The position numbers were made by a program, and so were the translations under genes. From the NCBI RefSeq assembly GCF_030684315.1, contig NC_081361.1:5791150-5855013 (forward strand): DNA of 63,864 nucleotides, written 5' to 3'. Below, one piece after another: positions 48,853 through 61,129 of this stretch. This DNA comes from Stegostoma tigrinum. Its lineage: Eukaryota. The first letter of the stretch is position 1. The number at the start of each line of letters is the position of its first letter. The notes beneath the pieces were generated by a model. It saw only the letters and a program-made list of their open reading frames with translations, did not search any database and was not told where the DNA came from.

Positions 48853-49786
48853 TCATGATGTGGAGGTGCTGGTGTTGGACTGGGGCAGACAAGGTCAGAA
48901 GTCACATGACACCAGGTTATAGTCCAACAGGTTTATTTGAACTCACAAACTTTCAATATGGTTGCTAAGATCACATACCCACCACATACACAGCAGATAC
49001 TCATGTGTCTCAGCCAATGTTGGTAACAATGTCCTGAGGTGTGGTATATTGGCTGGACCATGCAGACACTACGACAATGGACACTGCACAACAATTGCCC
49101 AACAAGAATATTCCCTTCCAATTGGGAAACACTTCAGTGCTCAAAGATATTCAGTCTCCATTCTTTAGTACATGTCCTCCAAAGCGATGTTTGAGGTGCA
49201 CAACAATGTAGAATCACTGAGCAGAAACTGGTAACAAAGTTCTTTGCCCAAGAAGACATCCTCAACCATGATGTTAGGTGCATGTCCTGCTACATGTAAA
49301 CTCACCACACTCTTTTGCATTTGTAAAATCATCCTTACAGTCTTGTTTTGACACTATCACCTTGATAACTGGTAATGATCTCTCTACCTTAATTAGTTTA
49401 TATAGTTTTTGGACTACTTGTTACTTTGGTTAGACCCTCAGCATATGCCCCTTGTATCTATCATGTTATGCCAGTTGTTTGGTTTGTCTGCTGCACCATC
49501 CTATTTTAAATGTTTTGTAATTATCTCTCTGCCTTAATTAATCAGATTATGGATCATGCCTTCACTTGCTATTCAACTGTTGACACCTTACTCACACTGA
49601 CTGACAACTTTGTTTGCCTGCAGTCTTATTATTCAGCCTATCGACACTCCACTCACACTATTTGTCTGATCATTTGATCTCACTGCCCAGTGATCTCTCT
49701 GCCTAAAAAAATTCTGTACCTGCATGTTTTTCTTTACTTCACCTGATGACGGGACAGTGCTCTGAAAGCTTATGATTTCAAATATA
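48853..49786. mobile_element. Second PLE family: short inverted 3' arm, GIY-YIG remnant and hammerhead-like motif
   Basis: WYIGWTMQTL...PIGKHF (49042-49135). CTGATGA...GAAAGCTT (49743-49771). 48853-48953 is the reverse complement of the same family's 3' end. Confidence 0.65.
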
Positions 49787-52700
49787 CCGAGAATCATAGA
49801 GACATACAGCACAGAAACAGACTCTTCAGTCCAAATCATCCATGCCAACCAGATATCCTAAATAAATCTAGTCCCATTTGCCAGAACCCAGCCCATATCC
49901 TTCAGAACACTTCCTATTCAAATACTTACCCAGATGGCTTTTAAATGTTGTCTCCACCACTTTCTCTGGCAGCTCATTCCACACAAGCGCCACCCTCTGT
50001 GTGAAAAAGCTATCCCTTAGATCCCTTTTTATGCTTTCCCCTGTCACCTTAAACCTATTCCCTCCAGTTGTGGACTCCCTCACCACTGAAAAGAAAAAGA
50101 CTTTGTCTGTTTACTCTCATGTCACTCATGATTTTATAAAACTCTATGAGGTCACCCCTAAGCCTCCGACACTCCAAAGAAAATAGACACAGGTTTTTCA
50201 GCTTCTTCCTACAACTCAAACCCTCCAACCTGGCAATACCCTTGTAAATCTTTTCTGAACCCTTTCAAGTTTCACACCTTCCTTCCTAAAGCAGGGAGAC
50301 CAGAATTGCGCACAGCATTCCTAAAGTGGCCCAACCAATGTCCTTTAAGGCCACAGCATGACCCTCCAACTCCTGTACTCAATGTACTGACAGATAAAGC
50401 TAAGTATAGCAAATGCTTTCTTCACTATCTTGTCTACCTGTGACTCCTTTTTCAAGGAACAATGAACCTGCACTCCAAAGTCTCTTTGTTCAGCAACACT
50501 CCTCAGGACCTTACCATGAAGTGTATAAGTCCTGCCCTGATTTGCCTTTCCGAAATGCAGCACCTCACATTTATCTAAATTAGACAACAGACAATAGACA
50601 ATAGGTGCAGGAGTAGACATTCGGCCCTTTGAGCCAGCACCACCATTCATTCTGATCGTGGCTGATCATCCACAATCAGGATACTCTTCCTGCCTTATTC
50701 CCATAACCCTTGATTCCACTATCTGTAAGAGCTCTAGCCATCTCTTTCTTGAAAGTATCCAGAGACTTGGCCTCCACTGCCTTCTGGGGCAGAGCATTCC
50801 ATATATCCACCACTCTCTGGGTGAAGAAGTTTTTCCTCAACTCTGTTCTAAATGGCCTATCCCTTATTCTTAAACTGTGTCCTCTGGTTCTGGACTCATC
50901 CATCAGTGGAAACATGCTTCCTGCCTCCAGAGTGCCCAATCCCTTAATAATCTTATATGTCTCAATCAGATCCCCTCTCATCCTTCTAAACTCAAGTGTG
51001 TACAAGCCCAGTCACTCCAATCTTTCAACATATGATAGCCCCACTATTCTGGGTATTAACCTCGTGAATCAACGCTGCACTCCCTCAATAGCAACAATAT
51101 CCTGCCTCAAATTTGGAGACTAAAACTGCACACAATACTCCAGGTGCGGTCTCACCCGGGTCCTGTACAACTGCAGAAGGACCTCTTTGCTCCTATACTC
51201 AATTCCTCTTTTTATGACGGCCAGCGAGCCTTTAGCTTTCTTTACTGTCTGCTGTGCCTGCATGCTTGCTTTCATTGACTGATGTACAAAAACATGTAGA
51301 TCTCGTTGTGCTTCCCCTTTACATAACTTGACTCCATTGAGATAGTAATCTGCCATCCTGTTCTCTCCACCAAAGTGGATAACCTCACATTTATCCACAA
51401 TAAACTGCATCTAAATGCATCCCGTCCACTCATCTATGCTGTCCAAGTCACCCTGTATTCTCATAACATCCTCCTCACATTTCACACTGCCACCCAGCTT
51501 TGTATCATAAGCAAATTCACTAATATTACTTTTAACGCCATCATCTATATCATTAATGTATATCGTAAACAGCTGCGGACCCAGCACCGAACCTTGCGGT
51601 ACCCCACTGGTCACTGCCTGCCATTCCGAAAGGGACCCGTTTATCACTACTCTTTGCTTCCTGTCAGCCAGCCAATTTTCAATCCAACTCAGTATTTTGC
51701 CCCCAATACCATGTGCCCTAATTTTGCTCACTAATCTCCTATGTTGGACTTTATCAAAGGCTTTTTGAAAGTCCAGGTACACTACAACGACGGGCTCTCC
51801 CTTGTCCATCTTCATACTTACAACCTCAAAAAATTCCAGAAGATTAGTCAAGCACTATCTCCGCTTGGTAAACCCATGCTGACTCTGACCCATCCTGCTA
51901 CTGCTATCCAAATAAGTTGTAATTTCATCTTTTATAATTGACTCCAGCATCTTTCCCACAACTGACATCAGGTTAACTGATCTATAATTCCCCGCTAAAC
52001 TCCATCTGCGACTCTTCAGCGCATTGGCCCATCTATTCGACAACCCGTTGTACTTTGAGGTAACCTTCTTCTCTCTCCACTATACCTCTAATTTTGGTGT
52101 CAGCTGCAAACTTACAAACCACACCTCCTATATTCATATCCAAATCAGTTACATAAATGATGAATAGCAGTGGACCCACCACCAGTTCTGGTTGCACACT
52201 GCTGGTCATAGGCCTCTAGTCCATAAATCACCCCTCTGCCACCACCCTCTCTCTTCTACCTTTCAGCCAGTTCTGGATCCAAATGGCTAGTTCTCTCTGT
52301 GTTCCGTGTGATACAACTTCACTAAACAGTCTCCATGGGGAACCTTCTCGAATGCCTCACTGAACTCCAGAGAGATCACGTCCACCACTCTACCTTCATC
52401 AATCCTCTTTGCCACTTCTTCAAAAAACTCAAGCAAGTAAGTGATTCATGATTTCCCATGCACAAAGCCATGTTGACTATCCCTAATCGGACCTTGCCTT
52501 TTCAAATACATGTGCATCCTGCTCCTCAGGAACCCCTCCAACAACTTGCTCACCACCGAGGTCAGGCTTAATGGCCTATAGTTCACTGGCTTCGTGTTCT
52601 TGACCAAAACATCAATTTCTCTAGTCATATAGCATTCCCTACACCCATCATCCTTGCCCTTCAACCTAATAGGAACGTGCTGTCTGTGGGCTCTCTTTAC

Positions 52701-54070
52701 CCAATTGTTGAAGTCTTCTCATTTTCCAGCCATCCCTTAACCTGTGAATATCTGCCCTGGATCAGCCTTTGAAAGTTTTTGCCTAATAATGTCAAAATTG
52801 GCCATCCTCCAATTTTGAACTTCTACTTTTTGATCTCATCTATCCTTCACCATTCCTATTTTTAAAAAATAGATTTATGGCCACTGGCCCGAAAATGCTC
52901 TCCCACCAAAATCTCAGTCACCTGCCCTGGCTTATTCCCCAAGAATAGATCAAGTTTTGGACCTTCTCAAGTAGGTACATCCACATCATGAATCAGATAA
53001 ATTTCTTGTATATACTTAACAATTTCCTCTGCACCCAAACCCTTGAATGGTAGTCCCAGTCAATGTTTGGAAAGTTAAAATCCGCTACCATTAACACGCT
53101 ATTATTCTGAAGGATAACTGAGATCTCCTTAGAAATTTATTTCTCAATTTCCCGTTGACTATTCAGGGTTCTATTGTACTACAGAAAGAGGACCATTCCT
53201 GTCTTTTTCTCGGATCTACCCAAATAACTTCCCTGGATATGGTCCCAGAAATATCTTCCCAAAACACATCCATAATTTTATCCCTCATCAAAAATGCCAC
53301 TTCCCCATGTCACTTTGCCCCCTTTTGATTTTTGCTAGAGCATCTATACCCTGGAATGTCAAGCTGCCAGCCCTGCCCATCCCTGAGCCATGTCTCATCG
53401 TTGTGATAGCCTAGTCCTATGTCCGTAACAATGCCCTGAGTTCATCTGCCTTACCTGTGAGGCCTCTTGCAGGGAAATAAATGCAGTTTAATTTCCCAAT
53501 CCTACCTTGCTCTCTACTTTGTTCCTGCCTGCTCTGACTGCTTGATTTACTCTGTTTCTTAATTGTACCAGTCTTAGACTGATTATTTTCCTCACTATCG
53601 CCCTGGGTGCCACATATCATCCCCACCCCACGCCCCTTGCTTGTTCAATTCCCCCCAAGCAGCTCGAGCAAATTTCCCCACCAGTGCATTTGTCCCCTTC
53701 CAATTCAGGAACATCTTCTAGCACATCCTTCTTGAACAGGTCACTTCTACCCCAGAACAGATTCCAATGACACTGCACCAGCTCCTCAGCCACACATTCA
53801 TCATCTAAGCCTTTCTATTCCTACCCTCACTAGCTTGTGTCCGTGGAAGTAATCCACATATTACTCACCTTCGGGGCCTCCTTTTCAAATTCCTGCTTTA
53901 CATCCTATATTCTCTCCTCAGGATTTTATCCTTTAAACTTCCTATACTGTTAGTTCTAATAGGTACAATGATTTCCTGCTGGTCCCTCTCCCCTTAGAGA
54001 ATATCCTGCACTGTCTGAGATATTTTTGATCCTGCTTCCAGGGAGGCAACATACCATTCTGATGTCTCAC
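49787..54070 (-). mobile_element. Long decayed CR1
   Basis: KLNCIYF.ARGL (APE start, ~53480), NYRPLSLTS, KCEVLHFG and FFTQRV motifs. Confidence 0.8.
50582..51990 (-). mobile_element. Younger CR1 nested in the CR1 above (same family as 9625-14095)
   Basis: YLDFQKAFDKV...GVPQGSVLGPQLF...YDTKLGG; (ATTGTCT)n-like tail. Confidence 0.88.
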
Positions 54071-54196
54071 TTCAGCCTGTTGGGCATTGTGTGACTTCTG
54101 ACCTTGCACACCAATGCTCAGAGAGACCCCACCAGCAGCATCTATATTTAGCCGAAAATCATTTCAGGTGTTACCAGCAGAGAGTGCACAGTGTGA

Positions 54197-54409
54197 GAGA
54201 TACTAGAAACTGCAGATGCTGGAGAATCTGAGATAACAAGGTATGGAGCTGGATGATCACAGCAGGCCAAGCAGCATCAGAGGAGCAGGAAGGCTGACTT
54301 TTTAGGCCTAGACTGAAGAAGAAGGGTCTAGGCCCACAACTTCAGCCTTCCTGCTCATCTACTGCTGCTTCGTCTGCTATGTTCATCCAGTTCTACACCT
54401 CCTTATCTC
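54197..54409. mobile_element. Miniature inverted PLE insertion
   Basis: 14-bp TSD AGTGCACAGTGTGA (54183-54196 / 54410-54423). Confidence 0.88.
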
Positions 54410-54720
54410 AGTGCACAGTGTGACCCCACCAGCCAGGTCTGGATCAGCAGAGTGAAGACTGAATGCGTCAGATTGTAATGATTGAATCCCAGCAGGGCTC
54501 AGTTTCAGTCCTGTTTGGAATGTTGTAACCTCAACAAATTCCAGTCAAGGGGATTATTTGAAACTGATTGATTGGCTCCCAAGTCAATCAACAATATGTG
54601 GCATCGATTGACATGCTACGTAGCCAATCGGGACTGTGACTAATTGAATTGCAGCCAATCAGCTGAGGGTGGTGGCCCATTTCCAAAACACTCAGAGATA
54701 GACACTGAAACTTCTACATT

Positions 54721-54726
54721 TTTATT
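54721..54726 (-). terminator. Probable polyadenylation signal of C2
   Basis: TTTATT on the + strand, paralogous to 29507-29512. Confidence 0.72.
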
Positions 54727-54944
54727 CCCTTTTCCACATTGACATTGACAGAATAAACACTGCAATTAACAGCTCAGACAGAGGAAGCTGCAAAATTCAC
54801 AGCCACAATGGAAAATACTTGTGGAGATTTTCTCAATAACATGAGAGTCCCGTCCCTTCAAACAGTGACAAAACTTTAAATTTGAACTACCGGCTGAGCA
54901 GGAAGGAGGTCTGGTTTGCTGAAGCAGAAACGTCTGAGGTTCAG

Positions 54945-55004
54945 AGGTAACAAGGTGTAGAGCTGGATGAACAAAGCAGGCCAAGAAGCATCAGAGGAGC
55001 AGGA
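54945..55004 (-). mobile_element. PLE 3' fragment in the C2 3' UTR, lacking the hammerhead core
   Basis: TCCTGCTCCTCTGATGC...CCAGCTCTACACCTTGTTA on the - strand. Confidence 0.8.
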
Positions 55005-55300
55005 TGTTTTTGTGCAGCTGACAGTCTTCACCGTCTTTGAGAGGTTTGACTTGGCATCACATGTCAACACTGTCCCAAAAAACACTCCCAGGACAGCAAC
55101 AGCATGGAGTTAGATACAGAGGAAAGCTCCCTCTACACTGTCCCAATGACCTGCCTTAACCTCTGAACCTCAGAATTGTCTCCAACCCAGTCCCGAGAAG
55201 GAAGAGAGATGAAATTTCTTGCTGCCAATGATCTTTGTCCTGCCAGCTCAGCCCTGTTCTATTTAAAGTTGTGTTTCCTCTGTGGACTCTCTTAAACACA

Positions 55301-55629
55301 CTACACACATTCTGATCTCCTGATGCTCTTGCTGAGGGGAGAGGAGAGGGTGACGTGGGTGAGAGCACAGGAAAAGCGAGCATTGGACTCCCAGTCAGAG
55401 CCAGAGAGGGTCAGCAGGCTGCTGACACTGTAGGTGCTGTCCGAAGCTCGCAGGTAGTTGCTGGTCTGAATCCCATCAGAAATGATTGCATCATCCTTCT
55501 TCCACTGCACCACCAGCTCATCGGGATAGAAGTGATTGGCAAGGCACACCAGGGTTGCAGTGCCTTTGGTCTGGACCTGCTCTGGGGAAGGGGGCAGCAG
55601 GGTTAGCTTGGGCTGAGACTTGTCACGGC
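55301..55629 (-). CDS. IGKC: Ig kappa constant exon C2 (second cluster)
   Basis: 329 nt, intact acceptor and open frame RDKSQPKLTLLPP...RSECV*. 21 nt and 6 aa differences from C1. Confidence 0.96.
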
Positions 55630-56477
55630 CTGAAAGACAAGAGAAGCAATTTTAATCCATGCTATTTGAAGAGATTTGAACTTATCAAACATTGATTGGC
55701 AAAACGATTTATTTGAATATTTGTAGACAAAAACTAACAAACCTGACAAAAGAACAGGCATTGTTTAAATTGCTTCTTGGAATGTGAGTGTCACTGGCAG
55801 GGACAGCAATTATTGTCTATCCTAATTACCACTGACAAGGAGGTTGGGAAGGAGCAGAAAGCGAAGGGACAGTTTTGGACCATCATTTAGAGAATGAATG
55901 TAGGCAGCTGGAAGGGCTATCAATGGTGATTGATTGATTATCCAATGTACTGAAATACAGTGAAAAGCTTTGTTTACAAGTGGTACAGGAAGCAAAGAAT
56001 GTACATATCAGGAAAACTTAGACACAAGCATAAAGGTTACATTGCAGAGGGCATGTTAGCAAGATCAGCTGTTTTTGAATCTAGAGAGTCCATTCATCCA
56101 TCTGATAATGGCTGGGAAGAAGCGATTCCTAACCTGCCCCTGCATGTACATAGAACATAGAACATTACAGCACAGTACAGGCCCTTCGGCCCTCGATGCT
56201 GTAACGACCTGTCATACCGATCTCAAGCCCCTCTAACCTACACTATTCCATGTACGTCCATATGCTTATCCAATGACGACTTAAATGTACCTAAAGTTGG
56301 CAAATCTACTGCCATTGCAGGCAAAGCGTTCCATTCCCTTACTACTCTCTGAGCAAAGAAACTACCTCGGACATCTGTCCCATATCTTTCACCCCTCAAT
56401 TTAAAGCTACACCCCCTCGTGCTCACCGTCACCATCCTCGGCAAAAGACTCTCCCTATCCACCCTATCTAACCCTCT

Positions 56478-56561
56478 TGGAATGCTGCTTGGCCTGCTGT
56501 GTTCATCCAGCCTCACATTTTATTATCTTGGAATCTCCAGCATCTGCAGTTCCCATTATCT
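56478..56561 (+). mobile_element. 84-bp single-arm PLE 3' end insertion
   Basis: 14-bp TSD CTATCTAACCCTCT (56464-56477 / 56562-56575). Confidence 0.9.
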
Positions 56562-58099
56562 CTATCTAACCCTCTGATTATTTTATATGTTTCAATTAAG
56601 TCACCTCTCAACCTTCTTCTCTCTAATGAAAACAGCCTCAAGTCCCTCAGCCTTTTCTTGTAGGACCTTCCCTCCATACCAGGCAACATCCTAGTAAATC
56701 TCCTCTGCACCCTTTCCAAAGCTTCCACAACCTTCTTATAATGCGGTGACCAGAACTATGCGCAATACTCCAAGTGCAGCCTCACCAGAGTTTTGTACAG
56801 CTGCAGCATAATCTCTGGGTTCCTGAACTCGATCCCTCTATTAATAAAAGCTAAAACACTGTATGCCATCTTAACAGCCCTGTCCACCTGGGTGGCAACT
56901 TTCAAGGATCTGTGTACATGGACACCGAGATCTCTCTGCTCATCTACCTTACCAAGAATCTTACCATTAGCCCAGTGCTTTGCCTTCTGGTTACTCCTAC
57001 CAAAATGCATCACCTCACACTTGTCTGCATTAAACTCCATTTGCGATCTCTCAGCCCAGCTCTGCAGCTTATCTATGTCTCTCCGTGACCCACAGCATCC
57101 TTTGTCACTATCCACAACTCCACCAGCCTTAGTGTCGTCTGCAAATTTACGAACCAATCCTTCTACGCCTTTATAAAAATGACAAACAGCAGTGGACCCA
57201 ACACTGACCCTTGCAGTACACCACGAGTATAATAAAATGTGAGGCTGGATGAACACAGCAGGCCAAGCAGCATCTCAGGAGCACAAAAGCTGACGTTTCG
57301 GGCCTAGACCCTTCATCAGAGAGGGGGATGGGGGGAGGGAACTGGAATAAATAGGGAGAGAGGGGGAGGCGGACCGAAGATGGAGAGTAAAGAAGATAGG
57401 TGGAGAGGGTGTAGGTGGGGAGGTAGGGAGGGGATAGGTCAGTCCAGGGAAGACGGACAGGTCAAGGAGGTGGGATGAGGTTAGTAGGTAGCTGGGGGTG
57501 CGGCTTGGGGTGGGAGGAAGGGATGGGAGAGAGGAAGAACCGGTTAGGGAGGCAGAGACAGGTTGGACTGGTTTTGGGATGCAGTGGGTGGGGGGGAAGA
57601 GCTGGGCTGGTTGTGTGGTGCAGTGGGGGGAGGGGATGAACTGGGCTGGTTTAGGGATGCAGTAGGGGAAGGGGAGATTTTGAAACTGGTGAAGTCCACA
57701 TTGATACCATATGGCTGCAGGGTTCCCAGGCGGAATATGAGTTGCTGTTCCTGCAACCTTCGGGTGGCATCATTGTGGCAGTGCAGGAGGCCCATGATGG
57801 ACATGTCATCAAGAGAATGGGAGGGGGAGTGGAAATGGTTCGCGACTGGGAGGTGCAGTTGTTTGTTGCGAACTGAGCGGAGGTGTTCTGCAAAGCGGTC
57901 CCCAAGCCTCCGCTTGGTTTCCCAAATGTAGAGAAAGCCGCACCGGGTACAGTGGATGCAGTATACCACATTGGCAGATGTGCAGGTGAACCTCTGCTTA
58001 ATGTGGAATGTCATCTTGGGGCCTGGGATGGGGGTGAGGGAGGAGGTGTGGGGACAAGTGTAGCATTTCTCCACCTATCTGTACTCCATTTTCTCCCCT

Positions 58100-59686
58100 T
58101 TGGTCCAGGAACTCCCCACCTATGTCCGTGACACCACCCACGCCCTCCACCTCCTCCAGGACTTCCAATTCCCTGGCTCCCAACACCTCATATTCACCAT
58201 GGACGTCCAGTCCCTGTACACCTGCATTCCGCATGGAGATGGCCTCAAGGCCCTCCGCTTCTTCCTGTCCCGCAGGCCCGACCAGGCCCCCTCCACCGAC
58301 ACTCTCATCCGCCTAGCGGAACTCGTCCTCACACTCAACAACTTCTCTTTTGACTCCTCCCACTTCCTACAGACTAAGGGGGTGGCCATGGGCACCCGCA
58401 TGGGCCCCAGCTATGCCTGCCTCTTTGTAGGTTACGTGGAACAGTCCATCTTCCGCACCTACACAGGCCCCAAACCCCACCTCTTCCTCCGGTACATTGA
58501 TGACTGTATCGGCGCCGCCTCTTGCTCCCCAGAGGAGCTCGAACAGTTCATCCACTTCACCAACACCTTCCACCCCAACCTTCAGTTCACCTGGGCCATC
58601 TCCAGCACATCCCTCACCTTCCTGGACCTCTCAGTCTCCATCTCGGGCAACCAGCTTGTAACTGATGTCCATTTCAAGCCCACCGACTCCCACAGCTACC
58701 TAGAATACACCTCCTCCCACCCACCCTCCTGCAAAAATTCCATCCCCTATTCCCAATTCCTCCGCCTCCGCCGCATCTGCTCCCACGATAAGACATTCCA
58801 CTCCCGCACATCCCAGATGTCCAAGTTCTTTAAGGACCGCAACTTCCCCCCCACGGTGATTGAGAACGCCCTTGACCGCGTCTCCCGCATTTCCCGCGTC
58901 ACATCCCTCACACCCCGCCCCCGCCACAACCGCCCCAAGAGGATCCCCCTCGTTCTCACACACCACCCTACCAACCTCCGGATACAACGCATTATCCTCC
59001 GACACTTCCGCCATTTACAATCCGACCCCACCACCCAAGACATTTTTCCATCCCCACCCCTGTCTGCTTTCCGGAGAGACCACTCTCTCCGTGACTCCCT
59101 TGTTCGCTCCACACTGCCCTCCAACCCCACCACACCCGGCACCTTCCCCTGCAACCGCAGGAAATGCTACACTTGTCCCCACACCTCCTCCCTCACCCCC
59201 ATCCCAGGCCCCAAGATGACATTCCACATTAAGCAGAGGTTCACCTGCACATCTGCCAATGTGGTATACTGCATCCACTGTACCCGGTGCGGCTTTCTCT
59301 ACATTGGGGAAACCAAGCGGAGGCTTGGGGACCGCTTTGCAGAACACCTCCGCTCAGTTCGCAACAAACAACTGCACCTCCCAGTCGCGAACCATTTCCA
59401 CTCCCCCTCCCATTCTCTTGATGACATGTCCATCATGGGCCTCCTGCACTGCCACAATGATGCCACCCGAAGGTTGCAGGAACAGCAACTCATATTCCGC
59501 CTGGGAACCCTGCAGTCATATGGTATCAATGTGGACTTCACCAGTTTCAAAATCTCCCCTTCCCCTACTGCATCCCTAAACCAGCCCAGTTCATCCCCTC
59601 CCCCCACTGCACCACACAACCAGCCCAGCTCTTCCCCCCCACCCACTGCATCCCAAAACCAGTCCAACCTGTCTCTGCCTCCCTAA
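58100..59686 (+). CDS. 5'-truncated but uninterrupted PLE RT + GIY-YIG endonuclease ORF (528 aa)
   Basis: MDVQSLYT, GVAMGTRMGPSYA, RYIDD, FLDL, KPTD; CNRRKCYTC linker; VVYCIHC...YIGETKRRL...H...HF. Confidence 0.9.
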   Translation: MVQELPTYVRDTTHALHLLQDFQFPGSQHLIFTMDVQSLYTCIPHGDGLKALRFFLSRRPDQAPSTDTLIRLAELVLTLNNFSFDSSHFLQTKGVAMGTRMGPSYACLFVGYVEQSIFRTYTGPKPHLFLRYIDDCIGAASCSPEELEQFIHFTNTFHPNLQFTWAISSTSLTFLDLSVSISGNQLVTDVHFKPTDSHSYLEYTSSHPPSCKNSIPYSQFLRLRRICSHDKTFHSRTSQMSKFFKDRNFPPTVIENALDRVSRISRVTSLTPRPRHNRPKRIPLVLTHHPTNLRIQRIILRHFRHLQSDPTTQDIFPSPPLSAFRRDHSLRDSLVRSTLPSNPTTPGTFPCNRRKCYTCPHTSSLTPIPGPKMTFHIKQRFTCTSANVVYCIHCTRCGFLYIGETKRRLGDRFAEHLRSVRNKQLHLPVANHFHSPSHSLDDMSIMGLLHCHNDATRRLQEQQLIFRLGTLQSYGINVDFTSFKISPSPTASLNQPSSSPPPTAPHNQPSSSPPPTASQNQSNLSLPP

Positions 59687-59910
59687 CCGGTTCTTCCTCT
59701 CTCCCATCCCTTCCTCCCACCCCAAGCCGCACCCCCAGCTACCTACTAACCTCATCCCACCTCCTTGACCTGTCCGTCTTCCCTGGACTGACCTATCCCC
59801 TCCCTACCTCCCCACCTACACCCTCTCCACCTATCTTCTTTACTCTCCATCTTCGGTCCGCCTCCCCCTCTCTCCCTATTTATTCCAGTTCCCTCCCCCC
59901 ATCCCCCTCT

Positions 59911-59938
59911 CTGATGAAGGGTCTAGGCCCGAAACGTC
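59911..59938 (+). ncRNA. PLE minimal hammerhead motif (mirror copy 57292-57319 on -)
   Basis: CTGATGA-A-GGGT CTAG GCCC-GAAA-CGTC. Confidence 0.65.
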
Positions 59939-61129
59939 AGCTTTTGTGCTCCTGAGATGCTGCTTGGCCTGCTGTGTTCATCCAGCCTCACATTTTATTA
60001 TCTTGGAATCTCCAGCATCTGCAGTTCCCATTATCTCAGTACACCACGAGTAACTGGTCTCCAGGATGAACATTTCCCATCAATTACCACCCTTTGTCTT
60101 CTTTCAGCAAGCCAATTTCCAATCCAAACTGCTATATCTCCACAATTCCATTCCTCTGCATTTTGTACAATAGCCTACTGTGGGGAACCTTATCGAACGC
60201 CTTGCTGAAAATCACATACACACATCACCCGGTTTACTCTCATCTCCCTGTTTGGTCACCTTCTCAAAGAACTCAATAAGGTTTGTGAGGCACGACTTCT
60301 CCTTCACAAAACTGTGCTGACTATCCTGAAGCAATTTATTCTTTGCGAGATGATTATAAATCCTATCCCTGAAAGCCTTTTCCAACACTTTATCAACAAC
60401 TGAGGTAAGGCTCACTGGTCTATAATTACCAGGGTTGTCTCTACTCCCCTTCTTGAACAGGGGAAACACATTTGCTATCCTCCAGTCATCTGGCACTATT
60501 CCTGTGGACAATGACGAGTTAACGATCAATGCCAAAGGCTCGGCTATCTCCTCCCTGGCTTTCCAGAGGATCCTACGATAAATCCCATCTGGCCCAGGGG
60601 ACTTTTCTATCTTCACCCTCTGTAGGATTTCTAATGCCTGTTCCTTGTGAACCTCAATCCCACCTAGTCTAGTAGCCTGTATCTCAGTATTCTCCTCAAT
60701 AACATTGTCATTTTCTAGAGTGAATACTGTTGAAAAATATTCATTTAGTGAAATGTATTCAGGGTTCCAGTGGGATGGATCTTTGACGATGTTGGCAGCT
60801 TTTCTGTGGCAGCAAGTTGTGTAAATTGAGTCTATGGATGGCTTCTGTGATGGACTGGGTTGTGCACACAACCTTCAGTAGTTTCTTATTGGCCTGTGCA
60901 GAGAAGCTGTCAATATGTGCCAAGACAGTTTGCTTTCAATCGTGCATATGTAGAAGCTAGTGAGGAGCCTTACAGACATGCCAAATCTCCTGAGCCACCT
61001 GAGGAAGAAGACGTGTTGTTGTGCCTTCTTCTCTGTTGCATCTGTATGGGAAGTCTAGGGCAGGTCGTCGGTTAACGTCATGACATTTTCATGACGGCGA
61101 TCAGAACTCAGTGTGATCGACAGTAGAGA

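Larger units (their letters stand above)
57230..60036. mobile_element. Very young inverted two-armed Neptune-type PLE (- arm 57230-58069, + arm 58070-60036)
   Basis: TSD CAGTACACCACGAGTA (57214-57229 / 60037-60052); near-identical arms. Confidence 0.96.
56149..60749 (-). mobile_element. Relatively young CR1 carrying two PLE insertions, itself apparently inside a Rex1-like LINE (~55930-56148 and ~60750-61075)
   Basis: KSPGPDG...NYRPVSLTS, KFADDTK, LYKTLVRLHLEYC; (TTCTATG)n tail. Confidence 0.88.

Noticed and set aside
58120-59667. Many overlapping alternative-frame and antisense ORFs (also in 3778-6752 and the CR1 copies)
   Set aside because: Shadow ORFs of C-rich retroelement coding sequence.
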